DNA from: a virus
Taxonomy: Duplodnaviria > Caudoviricetes
Length of the DNA stretch: 56,043 bases
Virus record (IMG/VR): IMGVR_UViG_3300046741_000008
Location: 1-56,043 of that record
Reading direction: 5' to 3' (one strand)
Every line of letters begins with the position of its first letter. Positions within the stretch are counted from its first letter, which is position 1. The translations under genes were made by a program, and so were the position numbers. A model generated the notes under the pieces. It searched no databases. It saw only the letters and a program-made list of their open reading frames with translations, and was not told the DNA's origin. Shown one piece after another: positions 1 to 8,242 of this stretch.

Positions 1-127
1 CGGCGCTGTAAAGGCCCGTCCGGCTCCACGAGTGGTTGCACACGGTCAGCTTGCCGGCCGCACCTTGGATGTTGGTACTGCTCATCTGGTCACCTCGTCG
101 AGTCGGGTTGCTGGGCGGTGGCGCGGG
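1..127. repeat. Terminal direct repeat, copy 1 (circular contig overlap)
   Basis: Bases 1-127 are identical to 55917-56043 and fall within and between coding sequences; 127 is a common assembler k-mer length. Confidence 0.95.
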
Positions 128-491
128 AGATGGCGTCCAAGGCGAACAGCACGTCGCCAGCCTCACCGCGGCCTGCCGCCTTCTCGCTGGTCCAGAACTC
201 GACTTGGGCGGCGTGCGTCGGGTTGCCGGTCATGGCCTGAGGGATGAGGCTTTGCAGCGCCTTCAGCAAGCACGGCGCGGCGGCGATCAGGCGGGCGTTG
301 GCCAGCAGTTCGTCGCCAACCTTCGAGTGACCGTAGTCATCCATGCGGACGTTGTCCGCGTAGACGCAGGCGTACGTGTCTTTGTGAACGCCACTGTTCG
401 AAGGGAAAGGCCCGATCTTGTGGCAGGTGCCGATGCTGGTTGTCACAGTTTCCAGCGACCACGGGCCCGGTGTGTGCCCGGCGGCGCTCAC
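90..491 (-). CDS. Phage early protein (HTPGPW...ANARLIAAAP family)
   Basis: GTG start overlaps the upstream stop; carries the HTPGPW and ANARLIAAAP motifs common in phage early genes. Confidence 0.75.
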   Translation of the reverse strand: MSAAGHTPGPWSLETVTTSIGTCHKIGPFPSNSGVHKDTYACVYADNVRMDDYGHSKVGDELLANARLIAAAPCLLKALQSLIPQAMTGNPTHAAQVEFWTSEKAAGRGEAGDVLFALDAISRATAQQPDSTR

Positions 492-862
492 AGGCCACCC
501 CGCAGTGCTTCGGCCGCGCCGGTGGATCTGTTGAACGCCGCGATGCGCTGGCTCAGCTCGTCGGCCTGCTGCTCGAAGTCGTCGTCGCCCTTGGCGGCAT
601 CGAACTGCAGCTGCTCGATCCGAGCGCCCTGGGCACGGCTGGCGGCGCGCAGGCGGGTGACTTCGTCGGTCAGGTTCGCGATCGAGCCCTTGGAGCGGTC
701 CAGCTCGGCGCACAGGCCGCGAACGATCTGCTCCAGCAGGCTGACTTGGTAGTCCGTGGCGACGTCTTCGCCGGCGTTCAGGTGCTTGGCGTGAGCCAGC
801 GAGCCGGCCTCTGCGCCTTCGATCAGGCGGTCGGCGCGGGATGCGGTGGCGGCGGCGCTCAT
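488..862 (-). CDS. Hypothetical coiled-coil protein
   Basis: ATGA-coupled to its neighbour; heptad-like C-terminal half. Confidence 0.65.
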   Translation of the reverse strand: MSAAATASRADRLIEGAEAGSLAHAKHLNAGEDVATDYQVSLLEQIVRGLCAELDRSKGSIANLTDEVTRLRAASRAQGARIEQLQFDAAKGDDDFEQQADELSQRIAAFNRSTGAAEALRGGL

Positions 863-1041
863 GCGGCCACCTCGCGAACCATCGTCAGGCCAATGTGGCG
901 TCCGAGGGACGGGGAGAAAACGGTCGTCGCGTAGTCTTCGAAGTGGCGCAGGGCGCCGTCGGCGTCGCGCTCGGTCCATGCGTGCATCAGCTCGCCTGCG
1001 AAGGTTCCGATGACGCGGGACTCGGTAATGGTGGGGTGCAT
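859..1041 (-). CDS. Hypothetical protein, first gene of the leftward operon
   Basis: ATG at 1041 preceded by a CAACACGAGAGAG leader and a promoter. Confidence 0.65.
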   Translation of the reverse strand: MHPTITESRVIGTFAGELMHAWTERDADGALRHFEDYATTVFSPSLGRHIGLTMVREVAA

Positions 1042-1085
1042 TGGGCTCTCTCGTGTTGGGCCGATCGTTTCGTCGGCATGGAGAG

Positions 1086-1125
1086 AGTATTCCAACATCA
1101 GAAAGCTTTGACAAGCACTTTCTGA
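1086..1125 (-). promoter_or_regulatory. Leftward sigma70-like promoter overlapped by an operator-like inverted repeat
   Basis: Minus strand TTGTCA (1114-1109), 17 nt, AATACT (1091-1086); inverted repeat TCAGAAAG-N12-CTTTCTGA at 1098-1125. Confidence 0.55.
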
Positions 1126-1144
1126 GGAATTTTGTAAAGCAGCT

Positions 1145-1354
1145 TCAGCCGCCGTTCTTGGGTGTGATGTCGTTCACGAACTTACGCTTGGCACGCCACA
1201 CCAGCCACTGGTCATGCGGAGGGCTGCGCCACGCTGCTTCCCCCTGGATGTCCTCTATGTCGCGCTGGAGGGCCGCAGCCGCCGACAGGAAGCACTCGTA
1301 CAGCGCGAGGCTGAGTGCCTCACGTGCCCAGTGATCCAGTGCGTGCTTGTCCAT
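1145..1354 (-). CDS. Small hypothetical protein at the position usually held by CI
   Basis: 69-aa ORF divergent from the Cro-like gene; no HTH or S24 motif visible. Confidence 0.45.
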   Translation of the reverse strand: MDKHALDHWAREALSLALYECFLSAAAALQRDIEDIQGEAAWRSPPHDQWLVWRAKRKFVNDITPKNGG

Positions 1355-1414
1355 CCGTCTATTGTCGTCCTTGATGCTCGCGTGGACAATCGCACGCTAA
1401 AACATCAAGTAGTC

Positions 1415-1423
1415 TGATACGAT
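1415..1423 (+). promoter_or_regulatory. Extended -10 promoter for the Cro-like gene, probably leaderless
   Basis: TGaTACGAT 7 nt before ATG 1431; no Shine-Dalgarno. Confidence 0.5.
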
Positions 1424-1430
1424 TGCCCCC

Positions 1431-1661
1431 ATGGACACACTCATCAGCATTCGAGCGGCGATCGGCATGCGGCAGGTCGACCTCGCCAAGGAATTGGGAA
1501 TCAGCCAGGCCATGCTGTCGTACTACGAGAAGGCCGACGGCGACATGCAGCCGAAGGTGGCGCGGGCCATCATCAAGGTGGCAAACGACCGCGGATTCCA
1601 GATCGGGTGGGAGCACATCTACGACGATGTGCCGCTGCCGGAAGCAAAGGACGCGACATGA
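1431..1661 (+). CDS. Cro/XRE-family HTH transcriptional regulator
   Basis: IRAAIGMRQVDLAKELGISQAMLSYYE HTH_3 pattern; 76 aa; first gene of the rightward arm. Confidence 0.9.
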   Translation: MDTLISIRAAIGMRQVDLAKELGISQAMLSYYEKADGDMQPKVARAIIKVANDRGFQIGWEHIYDDVPLPEAKDAT

Positions 1662-2122
1662 AGGCCGCCGATGGGATCGGGATGTTCCCCATGGGAGACG
1701 GCGTCACCTGCTGGCTGTACGCGATAGGGTTTCACGGGGGCTTTACGAAGATGGGCCGAACCACGCGGCCTCGGCAAAGGCTGCGTGAGCTGCGGTACGC
1801 GTATGGCGAAGGAAAGATGGAATGGGCGCACCTGAGCGCGCCGGTTGACGCGTTGATGGCACGCCGGGCCGAATTCATTGCGCTCTGTCGTGGAGGCGAA
1901 GTTGCGACGAGAGTTCAGCGGACGGAGATGTTCAACGGGCTCCCTCGGAAAACGGCAATCGCATGCCTTCGTTATGGGATTTGGTACGCGCCTGTGCAGG
2001 TAGCCTTGTTGGAAAAATGGAAGACTGGACAAGAGGCTGATGCTTTGCTGGCCCCGCCCGATCCTGCCCCCAAGCCCGCCGCGCGCCGCCCTGGCCGGCC
2101 TGTCGTCTATTCGGGGAGCTGA
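1658..2122 (+). CDS. GIY-YIG/T5orf172-like protein
   Basis: WLYAIGF...TKMGRTTRPRQRLREL resembles the T5orf172 motif; ATGA-coupled to the Cro-like gene. Confidence 0.55.
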   Translation: MKAADGIGMFPMGDGVTCWLYAIGFHGGFTKMGRTTRPRQRLRELRYAYGEGKMEWAHLSAPVDALMARRAEFIALCRGGEVATRVQRTEMFNGLPRKTAIACLRYGIWYAPVQVALLEKWKTGQEADALLAPPDPAPKPAARRPGRPVVYSGS

Positions 2123-2124
2123 GC

Positions 2125-3015
2125 GTGCTTAGCTCATCGACGGAACAGCTTCTGTCCATGGTCAAGGCCAACCCGGCCATGGGCGATGACGAGATGCGGC
2201 GCTTGCTGGCCGTCCACAGCGGGCCGAACACCCGCGAGGAGGTCAGGAGCGAAATAAATCGCTTGAAGATGAGCGCGCACCGGAAATTCCTGGTCGTCGA
2301 TGCGCTCAAGGTGGTCGAAGGCTTCGAGTCCGACGAGGCATTGCTGCGGATCGACCGCAACGACTGCTCCAGGCTCCACAAGCTGGAAGAGGCGATGCGC
2401 GCCGGGGATCTTTTCAATGCCGAGGCGCATGATTTCGTAGGCGTTGAAGCGCTGCCGCTTGTGCAGGGCGCTGCCGTGTTCGTGCTCAGCGAGGATTGGG
2501 CAGCTGTCGTCCAGGATATCGGCGAGGTCTCTCTGCCGGCGCCGCACTGCGCCTTCGAGATGGTAATCGGCGGCGTGCCGGTGATCTTCGTCTCGTGCCA
2601 GATCGACACCATCACCGCCTGCCAGGGGTTCGTGCTGGCCGGCGACATGTGGATTGCAATGGGCACCCTTGGCGAGACCTCAAACCTGCTCCAGTACGCC
2701 CGGAATCAGGCTATAGCGGCGCTGATCGCCCTCGATGCAGAGGTAGCTACCCACGAGGTGATTAGGCAGCCAGCGGCGCTCAACGCCAAGCGCGCCAAGA
2801 GCGGAAAGACGCCGCTGTATGACTTCCACGTCGTGAACCTGGCCAAGCGCCATAGAGCCGTGGCAGGGCCAACCGCAGGGCACTCCGGCCGCCACGTGCG
2901 CCTGCACTTCCGCCGCGGGCACTGGCGCCACTTCGAGAGCCACAAGACGTGGATCAAGTGGATGCTTGTCGGTGACCCGGCGCTCGGGGTGGTCGGGAAG
3001 GAATACCGACTGTGA
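2125..3015 (+). CDS. Conserved phage hypothetical protein
   Basis: C-terminal RLHFRRGHWRH...WIKWMLVG motif seen in many phage proteins. Confidence 0.75.
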   Translation: MLSSSTEQLLSMVKANPAMGDDEMRRLLAVHSGPNTREEVRSEINRLKMSAHRKFLVVDALKVVEGFESDEALLRIDRNDCSRLHKLEEAMRAGDLFNAEAHDFVGVEALPLVQGAAVFVLSEDWAAVVQDIGEVSLPAPHCAFEMVIGGVPVIFVSCQIDTITACQGFVLAGDMWIAMGTLGETSNLLQYARNQAIAALIALDAEVATHEVIRQPAALNAKRAKSGKTPLYDFHVVNLAKRHRAVAGPTAGHSGRHVRLHFRRGHWRHFESHKTWIKWMLVGDPALGVVGKEYRL

Positions 3016-3170
3016 GCGTCACCATGCATCTGTTCCGCTGCGGCCAATGCCAGTCCCCGAGCCCGCAGAAGGGCGCCCGGGCGAAGTTCGTGCTCGGGCT
3101 GCGCGTGCGGGTTTGCGCGAAGTGCGCGGAGCGGATGAGAAAGCCGAAGACAGATGGAGATTCGACATGA
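3012..3170 (+). CDS. Small zinc-ribbon protein (not in the ORF track)
   Basis: 52-aa ORF with CGQC...CAKC; GTGA and ATGA overlaps on both sides. Confidence 0.6.
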   Translation: MSVTMHLFRCGQCQSPSPQKGARAKFVLGLRVRVCAKCAERMRKPKTDGDST

Positions 3171-3487
3171 ACACACTTCGCAAGCGGTTGGCGACCATGC
3201 TTGATCCGACTCCAGAAAGGATTGAGCGCGAGCTGTTCGAGCTGACGGTGAAGGCCGGTCGGCGTTGTGCACATGACTTCGAGCATTGCTCGGAGGACAT
3301 CGGCCGGGTCAGCCCTTACATGACTTCGAGCGAGTGGAACGCGCGGGCGCGCGAGTGGCTCCGGATCTTCTATCCAGGCGGCGGCCCAAAGGACTACCGC
3401 GCACGTCTCCACTACGAGATTGACCGCCTCACTGCTCTGCTGGAGCGCAATGGGATAGACCCGCGCGACAGCGACATCCCGTTCTAG
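3167..3487 (+). CDS. Hypothetical protein
   Basis: ATGA-coupled; ends DSDIPF, resembling an SSB-type C-terminal tail. Confidence 0.65.
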   Translation: MNTLRKRLATMLDPTPERIERELFELTVKAGRRCAHDFEHCSEDIGRVSPYMTSSEWNARAREWLRIFYPGGGPKDYRARLHYEIDRLTALLERNGIDPRDSDIPF

Positions 3488-3496
3488 TTCTTGATG

Positions 3497-3525
3497 TTGC
3501 GCCTCATGCGAATGGCGGATAGCAT
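3497..3525 (+). promoter_or_regulatory. Sigma70-like promoter upstream of the replication genes
   Basis: TTGCGC, 17 nt, TAGCAT. Confidence 0.4.
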
Positions 3526-3538
3526 GCGTACCTGGACC

Positions 3539-3622
3539 GGCCTAGGGGGCACCCGAAAAGGCGACTCACTCCCGCCCTGGCCTGCGTCTCTTCTGGAGTG
3601 CCTTTGAGTGAAGGCAGAGTGA
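3539..3622 (+). ncRNA. Candidate structured cis-regulatory leader RNA
   Basis: Three-way junction (GGCC/GGCC closing stem, GGG-GGCA-CCC, GAAAA linker, GGCG...CGCC) whose loop is complementary to the start-codon region. Confidence 0.4.
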
Positions 3623-4374
3623 ACTACTTCGAGCACCACATCGGTGACTACGAGCAGGCAACGTCCCACCTGACAGCTTGCGAGGACGGCATCTACGGCC
3701 GCCTGATCCGCTGGTACATGGCCAGCGAGACACCGATCCCACCAGACCTGAAGGCCGTACAGCGCCGTGTCCGAGCCCGTTCGCGTGACGAGGTCAAGGC
3801 AGTCGAAACCGTGCTGGCCGAGTTCTTCGAGCTGCGCACGGACGGCTGGCATCAGCACCGCTGCGACGAGGAAATCGCACGCTTCAAGGACAAGCAAGCG
3901 AAGGCCAAGCGCAGTGCGGACGCACGTTGGAACGCACACCGTTCGGATAGCGACGGCAATGCGAACGCATCACAGGCAGCAGATGCGGTTGACATGCGAA
4001 CGCATAGCGAAGGCAATGCACCGCGCGCCCGTCCCCAGACACCAGACACCAAGCACCAATCTTCGGATGTAGAACATCCTCAGGTAAAACCCGCATCGAG
4101 ATCAAAAACGCTTGGAGTCGATGACCTCATCGCAGAAGGTGTCGATCCATCCCTCGCAAGGGACTGGGTAGCCGTCAGGAAGGCGAAGAAGGCCGTGCTC
4201 ACGCCCACAGCGTGGGAGGCCGTCAAGCGCGAGGCGGAGGTGGCTGGGCTGACGCCGGCAGAGGCGGTAAAGATCGCTGCTGAGAGTGGCTGGCAGGGGT
4301 TCAAAGCCTCTTGGCTCCAGCGCGACCAGGGCCGCAACGGCGGCCACGACGACATCTTTGCGGGGGCTCGGTGA
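3619..4374 (+). CDS. YdaU/DUF1376-family phage replication initiator
   Basis: NYFEHHIGDY...LTACEDGIYGRLIRWY...ETPIP N-terminal signature; internal iteron-like repeats. Confidence 0.85.
   Translation: MNYFEHHIGDYEQATSHLTACEDGIYGRLIRWYMASETPIPPDLKAVQRRVRARSRDEVKAVETVLAEFFELRTDGWHQHRCDEEIARFKDKQAKAKRSADARWNAHRSDSDGNANASQAADAVDMRTHSEGNAPRARPQTPDTKHQSSDVEHPQVKPASRSKTLGVDDLIAEGVDPSLARDWVAVRKAKKAVLTPTAWEAVKREAEVAGLTPAEAVKIAAESGWQGFKASWLQRDQGRNGGHDDIFAGAR
3914..4019. repeat. Iteron-like repeats, probable replication origin
   Basis: ATGCGAACGCAT at 3959 and 3994; ATAGCGAMGGCAATGC at 3947 and 4004; GTGCGGACGCAC at 3914; all inside the initiator gene, as in lambdoid O genes. Confidence 0.6.
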
Positions 4375-4736
4375 TGCGCGGCTACACCCAACTCCACGCC
4401 ATGCGCAAGCGCGGCCAGCGCCCGAGCTTCGTGAGCATCGATGTCGGTGACAACCCGAAGTGGCTCTGCGACAACTGGCACACGCAGGGCTTGCAGGCTT
4501 ACCTGCTGGTCGAGCCCAGCGACCCAATCGACCGGCTGGACCTCCTGGCTGTCGTTGGCCTGCAGGTGCACGTCAGCGGCCACGTCGACGACCGGGAGCG
4601 CGTGCGCAAGGTCTATGACACCTGCGTCGCAGCTGGCGCCTCTCGCGTCTTCGGCGGCCTTCACACCGTCCGTGCCGGCGAACACACAACCGTCGAGCAC
4701 TTCGACACCGCCGGAGTACTCACATGGCAAGAATGA
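4374..4736 (+). CDS. Hypothetical protein in the replication module
   Basis: TGATG-coupled, between initiator and helicase. Confidence 0.7.
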   Translation: MRGYTQLHAMRKRGQRPSFVSIDVGDNPKWLCDNWHTQGLQAYLLVEPSDPIDRLDLLAVVGLQVHVSGHVDDRERVRKVYDTCVAAGASRVFGGLHTVRAGEHTTVEHFDTAGVLTWQE

Positions 4737-5671
4737 TAGAAAAGGACGACATCGATTTCGCGTTCTACGAAGAATCGACCGAGCCGCGGACCAAGGTGCG
4801 CAAGGCGTCGGTGTTCCGGGAAGACCTGGAACAGACGTTCACGAAGCGTGGCTATGCCGATGCGCTGCCGCACATGAACTCGACGAAGCTCGGCCGCGGG
4901 CTGGAGTTCAGGCCCGGCGAGGTCACCGTCTGGGCCGGCTACAACAAGCACAAGAAGTCGATGTTCACCGGCCAGGTCGCGCTTGACCTGTGCGGGTTCG
5001 GCCGCCGGGTGCTGGTCATCAGCCTGGAAATGCTGGTCACGGCCACCCTGGCCCGCATGGCGCGCCAGGCCATCGCCAAGGAATGGCCGAGCCACGCCGA
5101 GCTGGCTGAGTTCACCGAGTGGACGGACGGGCACCTGTGGATGTTCGACCACGTCGGCAAGCTCACGCCCAGGCGCTGCATCGCCATCCTTCGCTACTTC
5201 GCCAGCGAGTTGAATGGCACCGACGTGTTCATCGACAACCTCATGCGCGTCTGCCAGTCCGAGGAAAGCCTCGACGAGCAGAAGGCGCTGATCTCCGACC
5301 TGATGGACGTGGCCAAGGAAACCGGCTTGCATGTGCACCTCATCGCGCACTGCAAGAAGCCTGCGGGCGGCGACGACAGCAAGCCGCCAACGCGCTACGA
5401 CGTGCGAGGCTCCAGCACCATCAGCGACCTGCCGCACAACGTGGTGCTGGTCTGGGCCAACCGCGGCAAGGCCGAGTCGCTGCGCAAGGACGCGAACAAC
5501 GTCAAGGCCGCGGACGAGCCCGATGCCCTGATCACAGTCGACGCCCAGCGCAGCGGCTCATTCGAGGGCAAGGTCGCGTTGTGGTTCGATCACACGTCCC
5601 TGCGCTTCGTCAACGATCGCATGTCGCGCGTCGAGCCGTACAACATGCAGCGAGAACTGCAGCCGGCATGA
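4724..5671 (+). CDS. DnaB-like (SF4) replicative helicase domain
   Basis: RPGEVTVWAG...KS, VLVISLEM, VFIDNL, HVHLIAH, DVRGSSTISD motifs. Confidence 0.85.
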   Translation: MARMIEKDDIDFAFYEESTEPRTKVRKASVFREDLEQTFTKRGYADALPHMNSTKLGRGLEFRPGEVTVWAGYNKHKKSMFTGQVALDLCGFGRRVLVISLEMLVTATLARMARQAIAKEWPSHAELAEFTEWTDGHLWMFDHVGKLTPRRCIAILRYFASELNGTDVFIDNLMRVCQSEESLDEQKALISDLMDVAKETGLHVHLIAHCKKPAGGDDSKPPTRYDVRGSSTISDLPHNVVLVWANRGKAESLRKDANNVKAADEPDALITVDAQRSGSFEGKVALWFDHTSLRFVNDRMSRVEPYNMQRELQPA

Positions 5672-5711
5672 CACCGCACACCTACACCGAGCAACGAGCA
5701 AAGGCATTCGA

Positions 5712-6032
5712 ATGAGCACGACAAACAACGACATCGAGCTGCTTGAGTTGGCGGCGAAGGCTGCAGGGATCAGGTGGGATCACGAAGAGTGCGGGACGCT
5801 CTATTTGCTTGACCCGTTACGGCCATGGGAACCGATCAACGACGACGGCGACGAGGCGCGGCTTGAGGCAAAGCTGCGCTTGCGGGTCATCTGGTACGGC
5901 AACTGTGTGAGCGTCGGCCATGACGGCTCTGGCGCCATCGAGTTCTTCCAAGACCACGGCGGCGACGAGCAGGCTGCCAGGCGCTATGCCGGCGTCCGCG
6001 CTGCTGCAGCCATCGGGAGCGCGATGCCATGA
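5712..6032 (+). CDS. Conserved phage hypothetical protein
   Basis: ELLELAAKAAG...WEPINDDGD...RAAAAIG motif. Confidence 0.7.
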   Translation: MSTTNNDIELLELAAKAAGIRWDHEECGTLYLLDPLRPWEPINDDGDEARLEAKLRLRVIWYGNCVSVGHDGSGAIEFFQDHGGDEQAARRYAGVRAAAAIGSAMP

Positions 6033-6496
6033 GGGTCCTCGCAATAGACCCCGGCAGTGAAGAAAGCGGCTGGATCCTGTACGAGCCTGGCCACGTCATC
6101 GACAGCGGGACCGGCGACAACCACGACGTTCTGCGCTGGGTAGCGGCCGGCCAGGGCGCTGACGTGCTGGCCATCGAGTTCGCCGAGAGCTTCGGCCAGA
6201 AGGTCTGGAGCCAGGTGTTCACCACCACGCGCTGGGTGGGTCGGTTCCAGCAGGCCTGGCGCGCTCCTGACGAAGTGGTGCTCGTCACGCGGTCGCAGAT
6301 CAAGCTGGAGCTGCTCGGGCGCCGCGCTGGGGCCGACAAGGACATCCGGCAGGCTCTGCTGGATCGCGTCGGCTTGCCTGGCAAGAAGTCGGCGCCGGGC
6401 CCGACCTACGGCGTCACGTCGCACGCCTGGGCCGCGCTGGCGGTCGCCGTGACATACGCGGCGAAGCACTGCCGCACCGACGAACCAGCTTTCTGA
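6029..6496 (+). CDS. RuvC-like Holliday junction resolvase / RNase H-fold nuclease
   Basis: MRVLAIDPG...G W, LAIE, KD and AWAALAVA motifs. Confidence 0.75.
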   Translation: MRVLAIDPGSEESGWILYEPGHVIDSGTGDNHDVLRWVAAGQGADVLAIEFAESFGQKVWSQVFTTTRWVGRFQQAWRAPDEVVLVTRSQIKLELLGRRAGADKDIRQALLDRVGLPGKKSAPGPTYGVTSHAWAALAVAVTYAAKHCRTDEPAF

Positions 6497-6507
6497 GGGA
6501 GAACCCT

Positions 6508-6909
6508 ATGCATGAGCCAACCCTTGGATTCCGCGCCGTGCTCTACACGCCCGCCCTGGAGCCGATCACCGTGCTGCAGCTGACCCCACAGGCAAGGCAC
6601 CACCTGCTCGAATGCGGCATGGTCGTGCTTGCTGTGTACGAGCCGCTAACGGTGGCCGACGTCATGACGTTTGCCGGCGCGCCACTTCAGTCGCTCGCTG
6701 AGCACGCAAAGTGCAGAAGGGTCGTTATTCGGGCCGAAGAGTTCCGTCGCGGCCGACACAGAAGCCTCATGCTGTTCACCGGCGACGAGGAAAACGCGCT
6801 GCTGCTCCAAGCCGCATTTCTCCCTGGGCAGACACGAGAGCTGAACTACCGTCGCGAAGACGACTTCGCCCGCGGCTTCCTGTCGGCAATCGGAGCGCTT
6901 GGACTATGA
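6508..6909 (+). CDS. Hypothetical protein
   Basis: ORF with RBS in the operon. Confidence 0.65.
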   Translation: MHEPTLGFRAVLYTPALEPITVLQLTPQARHHLLECGMVVLAVYEPLTVADVMTFAGAPLQSLAEHAKCRRVVIRAEEFRRGRHRSLMLFTGDEENALLLQAAFLPGQTRELNYRREDDFARGFLSAIGALGL

Positions 6910-7091
6910 AGACCGCCGGAATCACCGTCTTCCTGATGATCGCGTGGCCACCGGTTGCGGCCATCATCCTGTGCCTGTCGGCGCTTGTGTGCGCTGCAGC
7001 ATGGGTTGCCATCCCGCTCTGCCGGTTCAAGCTCGGGGCTGAGCCGGAGATGAGGCCGTTTTGGATCGAGGCTACCGAGGACAGCGAATGA
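6906..7091 (+). CDS. Small membrane protein
   Basis: Hydrophobic N-terminal half; ATGA-coupled. Confidence 0.55.
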   Translation: MKTAGITVFLMIAWPPVAAIILCLSALVCAAAWVAIPLCRFKLGAEPEMRPFWIEATEDSE

Positions 7092-7342
7092 GCAAAGACA
7101 CCATGGAATTGGCCATGCTTGCTTGGCAGCTCGAAGAGGCCAGCAAGATGCTCGACGCTCAGAAGGTGCCGCAGCGAGGCCGCATGGTCTGGGACGGCCA
7201 GCAGATGCACGGCGGCACGGAGAGGCCGGCCGAGGTTGACGCCTACGTCGAGTCTTTGATCGTCGACAACATCAACGCAAGGTTCCGCGGCACATTTCGG
7301 CTGAGTCGACTTGAGCTTGCACTGCGGGCGGCCTACCCATGA
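7088..7342 (+). CDS. Hypothetical protein
   Basis: ATGA-coupled on both sides. Confidence 0.6.
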   Translation: MSKDTMELAMLAWQLEEASKMLDAQKVPQRGRMVWDGQQMHGGTERPAEVDAYVESLIVDNINARFRGTFRLSRLELALRAAYP

Positions 7343-7785
7343 GCCGCAAGCGCTGCAACCGCCGGCCTGTGACGCCGCTTCCGCCGCGAGGCCTGCGCGC
7401 TAAGCTGGACCAGAGCCAACTGCGCGACCTCGGGCTGTGCCACCTGGTGAACCTGGACGCCATCGCCACGGGCACGGCCGACGCTGGCCTGCTCTGGAGC
7501 TTCTGCGGTGGCGTGCTGACCTGGTCGCGTGTAGCCTCGCTGCTCAAGGTGGGTGAGGCCGAGTTGGCCATGCAGCTCGACTTGGCCCTGGCGGTGGTCG
7601 AGCGCTTCAAGCGCACCGGCCGCGTCGGCTTCAGCGGACCCGAGTACCAGCTCGCCAAGGAAGGCATCGGCTACATGGACGACCTCGCGGCCATCGTGGA
7701 CCGGCCGACTGCGATCGCGGCGGCGGAATGGAGCGAGCAGAGATGCAACGAACTGGCGCGAGCGAGCGAAAAGCAAGCGGCATGA
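7339..7785 (+). CDS. Conserved phage hypothetical protein
   Basis: ATGA-coupled; host-like codon usage. Confidence 0.7.
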   Translation: MSRKRCNRRPVTPLPPRGLRAKLDQSQLRDLGLCHLVNLDAIATGTADAGLLWSFCGGVLTWSRVASLLKVGEAELAMQLDLALAVVERFKRTGRVGFSGPEYQLAKEGIGYMDDLAAIVDRPTAIAAAEWSEQRCNELARASEKQAA

Positions 7786-8009
7786 CACTGAGCGAATTCG
7801 ACGAATGGATGCAGGCCCTCGAAGCGGCATCCGATGACCCAGAGGGCGTGCGGTACGACTCGCTGTGGCGGATCGTCAGTGCCAAGGTCGATGAGATGGA
7901 GGCAGGCGAGTACATCGTGTGCCCGGCCGAGCACTACGCCGACGCGATCAAGTGGGCGGCCTTCTGGCTGGCGCTTGGCGCTGTCCTGGTTGCGCTGGTG
8001 CTGCGATGA
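7782..8009 (+). CDS. Small protein with a C-terminal TM helix
   Basis: WAAFWLALGAVLVALVL tail; ATGA-coupled. Confidence 0.6.
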   Translation: MTLSEFDEWMQALEAASDDPEGVRYDSLWRIVSAKVDEMEAGEYIVCPAEHYADAIKWAAFWLALGAVLVALVLR

Positions 8010-8242
8010 GCTGCCCTGACTGCGAAGCCGCCAGCAAGGCGCTGCACCACGGTTTCCACGCATCGTGCCCAGGCTGCGCGGCCCGGGCAGTCAGTCGGGG
8101 GCCGAACTACCGCCGCTGCCTCGCCAACGGCACGCAGGACCGGCTCTACCGCGACGAGCTGGAGCTGCTGAAGGTCACACACCAGGCCGTGCGCGAAGCC
8201 GCGGCGGCCGATCGACTGAACCAATCCGAAAGGACGACATGA
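8006..8242 (+). CDS. Small Zn-binding protein
   Basis: CPDC...CPGC; ATGA-coupled. Confidence 0.6.
   Translation: MSCPDCEAASKALHHGFHASCPGCAARAVSRGPNYRRCLANGTQDRLYRDELELLKVTHQAVREAAAADRLNQSERTT

Noticed and set aside
1-127. Biological terminal repeat or att site
   Set aside because: Exactly 127 bp, cuts through coding sequence and matches a standard assembler k-mer overlap; it only shows circularity
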